A program made the position numbers and the translations under genes. Positions 1 through 37,985 of a stretch of DNA of 64,000 nucleotides are shown one piece after another. Within the stretch, counting starts at the first letter, position 1, and every line of letters starts with the position of its first letter. This DNA comes from Macrostomum lignano. Its lineage: Eukaryota. The notes beneath the pieces are model-generated. The model did no database searches and was not told the DNA's origin. It was given only the letters and a program-made list of their open reading frames with translations. Where the stretch lies: positions 248,001-312,000 of the forward strand of contig NIVC01001263.1 in the NCBI GenBank assembly GCA_002269645.1, in the 5' to 3' direction.

Positions 1-690
1 TGATCCAATGTGATCCCAATTTGATCCAATGTGATCCCAATTTGATCCAATGTGATCCCAATTCGATTCAATTCGGTACCCAATATGATCCAATGTGATC
101 CCAATTTGATCAAATGTGATTCTAACTCGATTCAACTGGGTACCCAATTTGATCCCCAATTTGATCCAATGCGATCCCCAATTTGATCCAATTTGATCCT
201 ATGTGATCCCAATTTGATCCAATGTGATCCCAAATTGATCCAATGCGATCCCAATTTGATCCAATGTGATCCCAATTTGATCCAATGTGATCCCAATTTG
301 ATCCAATGTGATCCCAATTCGATTCAATTCTGTACCCAATATGATCCAATGTGATCCCAATTTGATCAAATGTGATTCTAACTCGATTCAATTGGGTACC
401 CAATTTGATCCCCAATTTGATCCCAATTTGATCCGACGCGATCCCCAATTTGATCCAATTTGATCCAATGTGATCCCAATTCGATTCAATTGGGTACCCA
501 ATTTGATCCAATGTGATCCCAATTCGATCCAATGTGATCCCAATTTGATCCAATGCGATCCCAATTTGATCCCAAAATTTGATCCAATGTGATCCCAATT
601 TGATCCGATGTGATCCCGATTTGATCCAATGTGATCCCAATTTGATCCAATGTGATCCCAATTTGATCTAATGTGATCCCCAATTTGATC
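1..690. repeat. Minisatellite, ~21-bp unit TGATCCAATGTGATCCCAATT (10-11-bp subunits), runs off the window start
   Basis: Tandem periodicity is directly visible; the overlapping ORFs are repeat translations. Confidence 0.95.
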
Positions 691-1639
691 CAATGCGATA
701 TGCAATCAATATGATTCAACATGTATTCATAACCAAACGCAATCGATTGCGACCCCAGCAACCCCATACTGTATTCGCAGTAGGGGAAAAATGACAATAA
801 AAGCGACAAAAGCAGAAACCAATCAGAGCGGCTTGTGTTGCATACAATATGCTAGTCGCACAAACATGTTTAACAAGATAAATGGTTCAGCACTGAAAGC
901 GTATCTATTTATAAAGTTGTCAGTCAATAAATCTTCCAACTAATGGATTACTGATTGCACTCCCAAAGACAAAAAACAGTTTTTATATGCAGAGTTGAAA
1001 TTCCGCAGGCCAGCGCCAGGTTTAGAGCCATAAAATGTAGGGGCAATGATTTGTCAGCATTGGGGGTCATGCGAGCCTGTGCGGCTACTATAAGTAGCCG
1101 GACGAGGGTCAAGTAGATGGGCTGAGTTTGCACACTGGAATGAAGCTCGGAGCGGAGAAAATCTATTATATATTTTAGTAGATTGTGCGGATTACACTAC
1201 TAACAGTAGCAAGGTGCAAATAAAAATCAAAGTGCACGATTTGTTAATTAACTTCAGCGCGCAACCCAGCACAGAATTTACAGGTAGATAATACAGGATG
1301 AAGTGTAACACAGGCTGCATTCGCTTCATTTAATCAAGACAGTTAAAAATCTGTTCAGCTGTAACAGAGAACCAACCAATCCCGCACAATTTCGTTTAAT
1401 CAACGCAGAACTCCGCCACTATCAAGAGAGATTGCTTCTGTGTAGACTGGGCCCGCTGATTGACAGCTGGGGACAATATATACGGGAAAAAGTACAAATT
1501 CGATTGTCACAAAAAATTTCCAGTTTGGGACCGAGCTTTCGAAAAAAAGCGCCAAGAAAGTAAAATATTTTTTGCTACTAACCGCAGTAGTACGAAATGA
1601 ACAGTGCGAAATTAGATAATGTTATATAAAGGAATTATA

Positions 1640-3110
1640 TAGAAGGTTACAGAACAATAATAAAATTTTTGCATTTTTTCCAACAAATACAACAAATTCG
1701 ACATGGCCGGAAGCGGGCAACAATTTTTGCATCGATAACTCCTCTCGTAATACCGCTGCTGACGCTGCGGGAACAAAAATATGAAAGCAATGATGCCTTG
1801 ACGCTTGGCCTGCATTTTGGTGGATTAGGGCGATTCCTCTGGGGGGCAGTTTGGGGGCGATTCTTCTGGGGGGCAGTTTGGAGGCGATTCTTCTAGGGGG
1901 GGGGCAGTTTGGGGGCGATTCTTCTGGGGGGGGCAGTTTGGGAGCGATTCTTCTGGGGGGCAGTTTGGGGCGATTCTTCTGGGGGGGGGCAGTTTGGGGC
2001 GATTCTTCTGGGGGCAGTTTGGGGGCGATTCTTTTGGGGGGGGGTTATTTGGGGGCGATTCTTCTGGGGGGCAGTTTGGGGGCGATTCTTCTGGGGGGCA
2101 GTTTGGGGGCGATTCTTCTGGGGGGGCAGTTTGGGCCAGTTTGGGGCGATTCTTCTGGGGGCAGTTTGGGGGCGATTCTTCTGGGGGGCAGTTTGGGGGC
2201 GATTCTTCTGGGGGGGGGGCAGTTTGGGGCAGTTTGGGGCGATTCTTCTGGGGGGCAGTTTGGGGGCGATTCTTCTGGGGGGGGCAGTTTGGGGGCGATT
2301 CTTCTGGGGGGGGCAGTTTGGGGCAGTTTGGGGCGATTCTTCTGGGGGGGCAGTTTGGGGGCGATGGCGATTCTTCTGGGGTGCAGTTTGGGGGCGATTC
2401 TTCTGGGGGGGGCAGTTTGGGGGCGATTCCTCTGGGGGCAGTTTGGGGGCGATTCTTCTGGGGGCAGTTTGGGGCGATTCTTCTGGAGGGGGAATTTTGG
2501 GGGTGATTCTACTGGGGAGCAGTTTGGGGCGATTCTTCTGCGGGGCAGTTTGGGGGCGATGGCGATTCTTCTGGGGGCAGTTTGGGGGCGATTCCTCTAG
2601 GGGCAGTTTGGGGGCTATTCTTCTGGGGGGGGGGGGGAGTTTGGGGGCGATGGCGATTCTTCTGGGGTGCAGTTTGGGGGCGATTCTTCTGGGGGCAGTT
2701 TGGGGCGATTCTTCTGGAGGGGGAATTTTGGGGGTGATTCTACTGGGGAGCAGTTTGGGGCGATTCTTCCGGAAGGGGGGCAGTTTGGGGTTCTTCTGGG
2801 GGGCAGTTTGGGGCGATTCTTCTGGAAGGGGGGCAGTTTGGGGCGATTCTTCTGGAGGGGGGCAGTTTGGGGCGATTCTTCTGGGGGGGGGGCAGTTTGG
2901 GGCGTTTGGGGCGATTCTGGGGGGGGGCAGTTTGGGGCGATTCTTCTGGGGCGAAGTTTGGGGCGGGAGTTCGGGAGCGACCATATCTGATAATTTTCCC
3001 GAAAAACAGACAGCCGCCTACACTGAACATTGCAAAATCTGGCTGATAAAAATCGAGTTCGAACAGCGGGTCAATGCGCGGATTTAAACAGCAAACTGTT
3101 AGGCATTTCT
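1640..3110 (-). CDS. Possible exons of an unidentified minus-strand gene flanking the G-rich array (~2984-3110 KCLTVCCLNPRIDPLFELDFYQPDFAMFSVGGCLFFGKIIRY; ~1640-1810 GQASRHHCFHIFVPAASAAVLREELSMQKLLP...)
   Basis: AG/GT-bounded open stretches join in phase 1 across the array-containing interval; no recognisable family. Confidence 0.25.
1826..2962. repeat. G-rich minisatellite, ~25-27-bp unit GGGGCGATTCTTCTGGGGGGGCAGTTT with variable G-run length
   Basis: Tandem periodicity visible. Confidence 0.95.
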
Positions 3111-3616
3111 ATGCACACAGCAGAGTGGCACAAAGACAGCTTTCTAAATTAATTTACATCATTTCGTGATGTTAGGAGCCAACTGCTAAAACCGAGCAAT
3201 CAAATTACCGAACGTAAAGCGTGGAAAATCGGAAATCCAGCCTCCCGGCCTCATCAGAACAGCATGGACTGGCGGCGCTTGTCTGCAAAAAGGCGGAGTG
3301 AAGACTCGAGGCTTGAATGGACTGATTAAATTATTAATGAGCTGCAGTAATGAGCTAGAGAAGCTGATATGTAATAAAACACTGTTTGGAGAATGGGTTC
3401 GCAGCTTCTGCACAAAATCATTGATCAAAAAATTTACTGGGGGAACTTCGGCGCAAAGAAGTGCGAATGAAGCCGATTCGAACCTGGGAAGTTGAAATGA
3501 ATCGCTAGGCAAAGCAGAGGAGTAAAATACGAAAGCAAAAAGCAGGCAATGGGAAGCTGCCTGCTCTAATCTTGTAATTACTGCGGTTTTAAACCTCACC
3601 GCTTGCCCTCAATTCC

Positions 3617-4160
3617 CTCCCTGCACTCACCCAGCTCACTCCCTGCACTCACCCAGCTCACTCCCTGCACTCACCCAGCTCACTCCCTGCACTCACCCAG
3701 CTCACTCCCTGCACTCACCCAGCTCACTCCCTGCACTCACCCAGCTCACTCCCTGCACTCACCCAGCTCACTCCCTGCACTCACCCAGCTCACTCCCTGC
3801 ACTCACCCAGCTCACTCCCTGCACTCACCCAGCTCACTCCCTGCACTCACCCAGCTCACTCCCTGCACTCACCCAGCTCACTCCCTGCACTCACCCAGCT
3901 CACTCCCTGCACTCACCCAGCTCACTCCCTGCACTCACCCAGCTCACTCCCTGCACTCACCCAGCTCACTCCCTGCACTCACCCAGCTCACTCCCTGCAC
4001 TCACCCAGCTCACTCCCTGCACTCACCCAGCTCACTCCCTGCACTCACCCAGCTCACTCCCTGCACTCACCCAGCTCACTCCCTGCACTCACCCAGCTCA
4101 CTCCCTGCACTCACCCAGCTCACTCCCTGCACTCACCCAGCTCACTCCCTGCACTCACCC
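3617..4160. repeat. Near-perfect 22-bp minisatellite CTCCCTGCACTCACCCAGCTCA (~25 copies)
   Basis: Tandem periodicity visible. Confidence 0.97.
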
Positions 4161-4608
4161 CTGAACAGAAGCAACACGAAGTCCAAGCAGACAAGGTAAG
4201 TTTTATAAGCTCACAAAACATAAAAGCGCTACAGATAATCGCTAGGCATAACAAAACATAAAAGCGCTACAGATAAAACGCGAGATCGCAGTATTAAATA
4301 AAATTATTGATTTTGTAGCTCAGCGCAACTTATATTCCTGTTTTTGCTAATTAAATTAGGGTCAAAATCGGCAAATAATGAAAAAGAGAAGATGAGATTC
4401 GGTGTGGAAGGCAGCATGCAACTAAAACTCGATTATTGATATTTCTACATAATAATTGTTATGCCAGGCAATTACCGGGGTTTGAGAAGACAGCAGAGTA
4501 GAAATGAAAGACAATGTTTATAAATCAGCCAATCTGGGCTCTGTGGGAACAGCAGTTTTGGCGCGCGAAGGATCGTCCGGGCAGGCCCGCCCGCCGCGTG
4601 GCCGGCTC

Positions 4609-29736
<25,128 letters not shown>

Positions 29737-29861
29737 CTCGGGAGTCTCTGAGCTGGGAGGCTGCTGGCTGCTCGCTCTGGGTTGCGAAACAGCCCAAGTG
29801 ACGTCACACCCTGATACTGGGCAGCAATGTTTATTTGCTTAATGTAATTGGCATCTGTCAT

Positions 29862-30751
29862 TGACTGTGGCATTCTGAGTGCTGGGTGGCTGCTGCAGCT
29901 GATATTGGGGACTGTGGCATTCTGAGTGCTGGGTGGCTGCTGCAGCTGATATTGGGGACTGTGGCATTCTGAGTGCTGGGTGGCTGCTGCAGCTGATATT
30001 GGGGACTGTGGCATTCTGAGTGCTGGGTGGCTGCTGCAGCTGATATTGGGGACTGTGGCATTCTGAGTGCTGGGTGGCTGCTGCAGCTGATATTGGGGAC
30101 TGTGGCATTCTGAGTGCTGGGTGGCTGCTGCAGCTGATATTGGGGACTGTGGCATTCTGAGTGCTGGGTGGCTGCTGCAGCTGATATTGGGGACTGTGGC
30201 ATTCTGAGTGCTGGGTGGCTGCTGCAGCTGATATTGGGGACTGTGGCATCTTGAGTGCTGGGTGGCTGCTGCAGCTGATATTGGGGACTGTGGCATTCTG
30301 AGTGCTGGGTGGCTGCTGCAGCTGATATTCGGGACTGTGGCATTCTGAGTGCTGGGTGACTGCTGCAGCTGATATTGGGGACTGTGGCATTCTGAGTGCT
30401 GGTGGCTGCTGCAGCTGATATTGGGGACTGTGGCATTCTGAGTGCTGGGTGGCTGCTGCAGCTGATATTGGGGACTGTGGCATTCTGAGTGCTGGGTGGC
30501 TGCTGCAGCTGATATTGGGGACTGTGGCATTCTGAGTGCTGGGTGGCTGCTGCAGCTGATATTCGGGACTGTGGCATTCTGAGTGCTGGGTGGCTGCTGC
30601 AGCTGATATTGGGGACTGTGGCATTCTGAGTGCTGGGTGGCTGCTGCAGCTGATATTGGGGACTGTGGCATTCTGAGTGCTGGGTGGCTGCTGCAGCTGA
30701 TATTGGGGACTGTGGCATTCTGAGTGCTGGGTGGCTGCTGCAGCTGATATT
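29862..30751. repeat. 47-bp minisatellite GACTGTGGCATTCTGAGTGCTGGGTGGCTGCTGCAGCTGATATTGGG (~19 copies)
   Basis: Period of 47 measured. Confidence 0.97.
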
Positions 30752-32952
30752 GTACCTTGCTTCAATTTCAATGCTTCAATTTACACTGCCAGAATACTGC
30801 ACTGATTGCACTATTACGAGCGTACTAGACAAAGTGGGGTTCAAATAGAGGGCACAAGGAGCACCGAACCGCAATGCCTTAAGGTGACCGATTTTGTTCA
30901 GATTTTCTATTTTTTGCCGAAGCACCTAGCAATGAAAATTAGTATTTTAATTGCGCGCAGCAAATTTCCAACGAAAACAACTTCAAGCCTGTCAATGGAA
31001 AAAATCGCTGCTTTATTGTAGCGACAAGGCTTCAGTAGAATTTTTTAGGCTTGATTGAAGCACTGAATCTCCAATTCCAAATAAACACAGTGCTTCTAAA
31101 AATAGCATCCTTTAGAGTAGGCCAGCAGCGGAAGCGGCAGTAACAGACATGGCGCAGCATCTCACACAGGCATCAACCAAGGCTAAAGGAGAGTGGCCAA
31201 GAGCCCTATACTAGATTCTGAACAAAACGCATGAGCAAATGCCATATTCCGGCTATGATGAGGAAGACCGATATAAATATAGGAGGTTCTGGCAGTCTTG
31301 CCGGGGAAAATGCTGGAATTCTGCCTGACCTGGCTTGGCTTCAGCCCGCCCACGCAGCCCGGAACGGAATGCGGCAGACAAGAATGGAAATGGGGACTCA
31401 AATATTGCAGCAATGTCCAGTCGAAGCCAAGCTTGACCAGTTTCTCTCCTTAGCTAGCCCGCCATTTCCGTCCTTGGCGTCTTCTGCCTTTTCTAGCAAC
31501 TGTGTTGCCCTGCCACGGCAGTCACAAAGAAGCAGGAAAGGAGCAGCAAGTACTCGCTACTTATACTGCCGGCTGAAAATGGAAGGCCAAGCCGTGTTTG
31601 CACAGACAGGGACAGGGGACAGCACGACGACCAGTTCAAGTGGCAAGCCGGAGCAGAAGGAAGCAGCAAAGGGTGGCGGCTATTCTTCTATATTTGCTGT
31701 CACTCATTTCTATGAGCAGGAGTCAAGCTAAGCACTGTTTTGTCTCAAGAAGCAAGTCAAATAGGGTCAGCTACAGACAGCACTGTATGCTTTACAGTTA
31801 ATAGAATTCAATCTGGAATGCTCTAGTAATTATTCTCAACTCTCAATGTTTTACATTGGATTCTAAGATTCTAATTTTATCTAACATTGAACTAGAATTC
31901 CATGTACCTTCAATTCTAAAAACACAACTGTTGATAGTTTAAAGCAAGAAATGGATATGCCTTTGTTAGCAAACATCATCAAAACTTTATAGGGTAAAAC
32001 AAGCTAATAAAAACACATGTCATAAATAATCAAATTCTAATTAAAACTTGCATTATAAATAACTAAAGTATTAAAAATTGTTAAATTTTACTAATAATTT
32101 TAAACAAGCCATATATTTTAACCAGCAGATTGAAGACTGTAGTGCCCAGAATCAGCATGACAATCTTGCAGATCTTTCATATCTCCATATAGGATTTAAA
32201 TGGCAACTGCCTGCATTACAAATGCTAGTATAGATGTCTTGTCACTTTGTTGGGGCAGGTCTTCAATGCTGTCAATGAGATCAATACCATGGAGTCTATA
32301 CAACAAGCCTCTAGCACTACTTATCCAGGAGCAACAACTGACAATCTGGCACAATGTAGAACAAAAACAGGATCCAAAATGGGCCCTAACCAATGTCACT
32401 TTCTAAGATTGTAGGTTAAGGAGGGGTAAACAGTGGAGAGCCTCAAGTTGTAAGTCAAATACAAGGCCAAAAACTGCAAGAGCATAAAAATCATAAGAGC
32501 ATGAAGAGCACAAAGCTATAGCAAAGCTAGGATGCACAAAAGAAAATAAAGCAAAAGCTATTATTAGATCTGCAAATTTGTCTATAGGTATGATAATAAC
32601 AAAGATATGAATATATGTTTTCTAATCAACTTTGCAACTACAATATGGCCTTGATTGATTGAAACTAAAAGCTTAGATACAATCAAATGCAGGCTAGGAA
32701 ACAACATAGAAATAGTATATTAACCGATTATACCAATATTTTTATAATTACATATGCAATATAAATATGCCATGCTCTATTTTATTGTCTATATACATAT
32801 ATCAATATCCTAGATTTACATGTCCAATAAACCTTGGTCCACTTGCTAGTCAATAATTGTAGTCATTTCCTAGACTATTCAAGTCCTAACTACCATGATC
32901 TATTCTCTAGTACATATTGATATTTATATCAAATCTATTTTTAGACAATTTT

Positions 32953-33332
32953 NNNNNNNNNNNNNNNNNNNNNNNNNNNNNNNNNNNNNNNNNNNNNNNN
33001 NNNNNNNNNNNNNNNNNNNNNNNNNNNNNNNNNNNNNNNNNNNNNNNNNNNNNNNNNNNNNNNNNNNNNNNNNNNNNNNNNNNNNNNNNNNNNNNNNNNN
33101 NNNNNNNNNNNNNNNNNNNNNNNNNNNNNNNNNNNNNNNNNNNNNNNNNNNNNNNNNNNNNNNNNNNNNNNNNNNNNNNNNNNNNNNNNNNNNNNNNNNN
33201 NNNNNNNNNNNNNNNNNNNNNNNNNNNNNNNNNNNNNNNNNNNNNNNNNNNNNNNNNNNNNNNNNNNNNNNNNNNNNNNNNNNNNNNNNNNNNNNNNNNN
33301 NNNNNNNNNNNNNNNNNNNNNNNNNNNNNNNN
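32953..33332. other. Assembly gap (380 N)
   Basis: Run of N. Confidence 1.
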
Positions 33333-34139
33333 TGAAGTCAGCGTGGATTTGCTGTGCGACTTGAATGGCAGATGCTTGTGGCACACAGTTGCCTTTTATT
33401 GCCTGTAGCTCTTTTTAGCACTAATAAAATCACAATGGTGTCACCTTCTGGACTTCCAGAAGGCGCAAGCGGCTGTTTCATTCGAGGTGGCACTCGCAAG
33501 TTTGTCAAGAAAAAGTTTGAAATTAGCAATATTTTGGAGAGCGGCAGTGCTTAAACTACAGTTGTGTTTTTTATACGGGTTTTGTAAAGATTTGCTATTC
33601 AAAGGTTCCAAGGTATCGCCATAGACAATTCGGTGGGAAAGTTCCGCGCTTAGTACGAAAGTACGAGATTGTACGATATTGCATTATGACTACGTGGCTC
33701 TGATATTCGATTATTGCCATAGACGATTTCTTTTGTCCGAAAAGGCGGGCCGATATTTTTGTGTATTTCAATCAAACAACAAGAGCAGACACAACAAACA
33801 GAGAAAGAATCAGAACAGAATACAGTCAGAGTCCGGAGCCAAACTGAGAATTGGCAAAAAGCGTCCGTTTCGGAGCTAATCATTAGCACTCACAAACGTA
33901 AAATTTGGCCCCGTTTTTATCCAAGACGATGGGATTGACGCCGGATTTATCAGACTGGTCAATAGTTGATACGGCAGCTGGAACGCTAGATGTCCTCCAC
34001 GTCCCTCCATCTTGGCAAGTTCATCCAGGTCTTGGTCAGTCAAAAGCCTATGTGTGGACACTTGAGCCAGAAAAGTATCAAAATCATTTCCGCCTCCAGC
34101 ACTGGCAGTTCCGTGAACTGAGAACCATCTAATTCTTCC

Positions 34140-35132
34140 TCGGGGGTGCGGGGACGGAGTCTAACCATAGACGAATTCTCATCAACCGGGGGTGCGGGGA
34201 CGGAGTCTAACCATAGACGAATTCTCATCAACCAGGGATGCGGGGACGGAGTCTAACCATAGACGAATTCTCATCAACCGGGGGTGCGGGGACGGAGTCT
34301 AACCATAGACAAATTCTCATCAACGGGGGTGCGGGGACGGAGTCTAACCATAGACAAATTCTCATCAACCGGGGATGCGGGGACGGAGTCTAACCATAGA
34401 CAAATTCTCATCAACGGGGATGCGGGGACGGAGTCTAACCATAGACAAATTCTCATCAACCGGGGATGCGGGGACGGAGTCTAACCATAGACAAATTCTC
34501 ATCAACCGGGGGTGCGGGGACGGAGTCTAACCATAGACAAATTCTCATCAACCAGGGATGCGGGGACGGAGTCTAACCATAGACAAATTCTCATCAACCG
34601 GGGTGCGGGGACGGAGTCTAACCATAGACAAATTCTCATCAACCGGGGGTGCGGGGACGGAGTCTAACCATAGACAAATTCTCATCAACCGGGGGTGCGG
34701 GGACGGAGTCTAACCATAGACAAATTCTCATCAACCGGGGGTGCGGGGACGGAGTCTAACCATAGACAAATTCTCATCAACCGGGGATGCGGGGACGGAG
34801 TCTAACCATAGACAAATTCTCATCAACCGGGGTGCGGGGACGGAGTCTAACCATAGACAAATTCTCATCAACCGGGGTGCGGGGACGGAGTCTAACCATA
34901 GACAAATTCTCATCAACCGGGGATGCGGGGACGGAGTCTAACCATAGACAAATTCTCATCAACCGGGGGTGCGGGACGGAGTCTAACCATAGACAAATTC
35001 TCATCAACCGGGGGTGCGGGGACGGAGTCTAACCATAGACAAATTCTCATCAACCGGGGATGCGGGGACGGAGTCTAACCATAGACAAATTCTCATCAAC
35101 CGGGGTGCGGGGACGGAGTCTAACCTTAGACA
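34140..35132. repeat. 46-47-bp minisatellite GGGGTGCGGGGACGGAGTCTAACCATAGACAAATTCTCATCAACCG
   Basis: Direct reading; unit length varies with G-run length. Confidence 0.96.
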
Positions 35133-35602
35133 AATTTTCATCGATAATAGACAAAAATCGATCTGTTTTTGCTGTTTGCGTTGCTATAAATCCTAATTTT
35201 ACTATATTATTTTCTTTGCGTGCGTTACGAGTCGTAAATCGTAAATACGTTTCTCTGTTTACTAATAAAGTCTATGGTCAAATTTAGAGGGCAAAAAGTT
35301 CCGGGCACATAATGCGGTTAGAAATAGCCTATCTCCGTCAGCTATTTTTGCGGGCAAATAAAGCCAATAGACACACTATCGGGCATGCCTAAAGGCTCGC
35401 TGAATTAAAAAGCCTACTAACAATACACTATTGGAGCAGCTAAAGTTTTACCTAAACTTTGCTGGCTTGCCGGAATTTCGATCAAGACAAGTAAACGTTT
35501 TAGTGCAGCTCGACCGAAACACACGCTTGCTTTGTTGGAATTCAGAATTGGGATATGGGAATATGGGAACTGCAGATTAGCAATATGCGACCCTTCATTA
35601 AG

Positions 35603-35834
35603 TGACATCACTTATTAATGTATACCATACTTTGTTGAAATTTCCTAGAAGTGACGTCATTCGCGAAATCGCAGCCGCAAGCGACGCCATTGGAAATATC
35701 CTATAAATGACGTGATTTTCTATATACTCAATGCATGTGTTATAAGTGACGACGCCATTTTAATCATTTTGCAAGTGACGTCATTTGCAACTTTCTACGA
35801 GTGACGTCATTTGCGATAACCGGAAATGACGTAA
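35603..35834. promoter_or_regulatory. Cluster of CRE/ATF-type palindromes (three TGACGTCA plus three one-mismatch variants)
   Basis: Exact sites at 35652, 35776 and 35802; variants at 35603, 35708 and 35827; function not shown. Confidence 0.3.
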
Positions 35835-37985
35835 TTAGTAATAGTTTACAGTTGATTACGTTTTTATTGGCACTTTCCGATACAAGTGCGTCACTGACTA
35901 TATTTCACTGCCATACTCAATACAGGTTCAAAATAAAATTTCGAGTGTCCATACGGAAGTCGCCAAACTTCGCAAGAGCTCGCTGAAAAGTGCAAAGCAG
36001 AGGGTTTGCTTATAGTGAATTCGTTATCGCGGAGGCGAGAGCAAATCAATTCCAAAGGGTTTATCAATCAGCACAGCAGTGGTTGAGAGGGAGTTTGCCC
36101 TGCTTGACAAACAACTGCCCTGCAGTCTGCAGATGCAGCTTTTGACTATGCAATGCAGCTCAAAGCATGTTCCCTATAATGATATATATTTTTGTGTTAG
36201 CATAACGTAAACCTAATAAGACGCATGTTTCAGGACTTTTGTATAAGCGTTTAGCATTTTATAGATAAATGGCGCTGGACAGCATCTGACGAGGGCTGGC
36301 CAAATTTAATTAGCATTAGTCGGAAGCATTTCAGAAGCGGTAAACCCTCCTGAGAGTTGAGATATTCCTTAGAAATTATTTCAAAGGGGTTGAACGGATA
36401 TACTGTAAGTAGCGCGCCATCTCTACCATGCTCCCATGCACCTGGTGTTCAACAAGCACAAAATACGCTGTCAATACTTCTTAGAAAAAATTGTGTTCAA
36501 AGGAGCGCCCTAAGGCTTGGGTGCCAACGTATTAAGTATGTCGCGCGCAGTACGATTCGGCACTGACGCAATTTGCTTGCCGAGGGGATCAGCTGAAGGT
36601 GAATTGAACAAGTGTTCAAGAATCCATTTGTATAGTTTTCACTCGTCATGTACTATCGTATATGTACTTCTTTCTACCCAAGCAATAAAAAGAAAAGAAG
36701 CAAATTAAAGCAATCTAAACAGTTGGGTAGGTGACTGCATGGAGATGCGTAGATGTATTTTAATATTTATAGATCTGTAAATATTCTATCGTTATTCCTT
36801 ATTTATTTCATACTAAAGGTATCGAGCAGTACCTTTAGATTGTATCCTACCAAAGTAGGTAGACACGGGATAAGTATAAATAAATAAATTTAACACACGT
36901 TTGGATTTTTGATTATTTAGAATTCTTAGGCAGTCCAAAGCTTCAGTAGCACTAATTCAGGGACTACTCAAGGACTACTCAAGTAACATATAAATATATA
37001 TAGGACGCTACACTCGAAATCTATGGTAAATGTTTTGAAGGCAACTTTTCGCCGAAAAATGCATTACAGAGATAGGGGGTTTTAGTTTTTTCAGCACAAA
37101 AATTGTTTTTGCTTTTGATAAGAGGCAGATCCAGTGTTCATCTTTTGATATGTTGTGCCTTTCTTATTGCTCTATCGATATTCATAGAGCTTTCTGTTCA
37201 GAAATAGTTTTAAAGGCAGGTTTAACCGGAAAAATACACTACGGAGATGGGAAATTTCACGATTGTCAACACTAAAACAGTGATTGGGTCTCTTAACAGT
37301 GTCAGAGAAAGTTTTAATCACACTATTTTGTGCCTCAGATGCTGCTCTAACGACGCATAAATCGATTTTTCATGTTAAATTGGTCTTGTCATTATTTTAA
37401 ACGTTTTTTTCAAGTGACAGACCAATTTAACGTCCAATTCTACATAAGTTGTTCTTGGGACTACTAAATAAATACTCCTTAGTAGACCCTGAGCTAATAT
37501 TATGTATTTCTAACTACTTGTGCGAAGAAATATCGATATGGTGCAAATTTGGTAATTTTGGTATGGTACAAATTGTGCCCCTACATCTAAGTCAAGACCT
37601 TACATGCCGCATTTTTCTTTTAATCATTATAACAAAAAGGTTTAAATAGCTAGAAGTTAAAGTTTATATTTCAGGCTTGTAACAAAATTTGGGCACAGAA
37701 AGTTTACTAACATTAAGGACAAAAATGTTTTTCTTTAAGAAGCCCTCGCGCTAATGACATCATTCATTTCGTCCATTCAGACACATGGACTTTCGTTGGT
37801 ATTTCCAAGCTTTCATTTTTGCAAACTTTGGCGTGCAATTCTTAAGAATATTTCTTTGGTTCGAAGCTTCGTCATGGCTGTCAAACCATTTCACTGTGGT
37901 GCTTTAAAAAGGCTTCTTAACTATCTAACAAGAGATTTGTCTACCGTTAGAGCTTTTGATACTGTAAAAGCTAGTAATAACAATT

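Noticed and set aside
4169-4195. Plus-strand 27-nt micro-exon candidate (CAG|AAG...AAG|GTAAGT)
   Set aside because: The splice signals are good, but no partner exons or homology were found, and a competing minus-strand interpretation exists.
31231-31731. 166-codon plus-strand ORF upstream of PCTAIRE
   Set aside because: No recognisable domain or splice support; it may be UTR or promoter sequence.
33333-34132. Short open stretches with GT/AG signals next to the gap (for example LSTAALQNIANF...ACAFWKSR and TCQDGGTW...)
   Set aside because: I could not join them in consistent phase, and the gap hides the context.
36060-36210. Cys pattern NCPAVCRCS..QCS resembling an LRR N-terminal cap
   Set aside because: It requires a frameshift and no LRR repeats follow, so it is probably coincidental.
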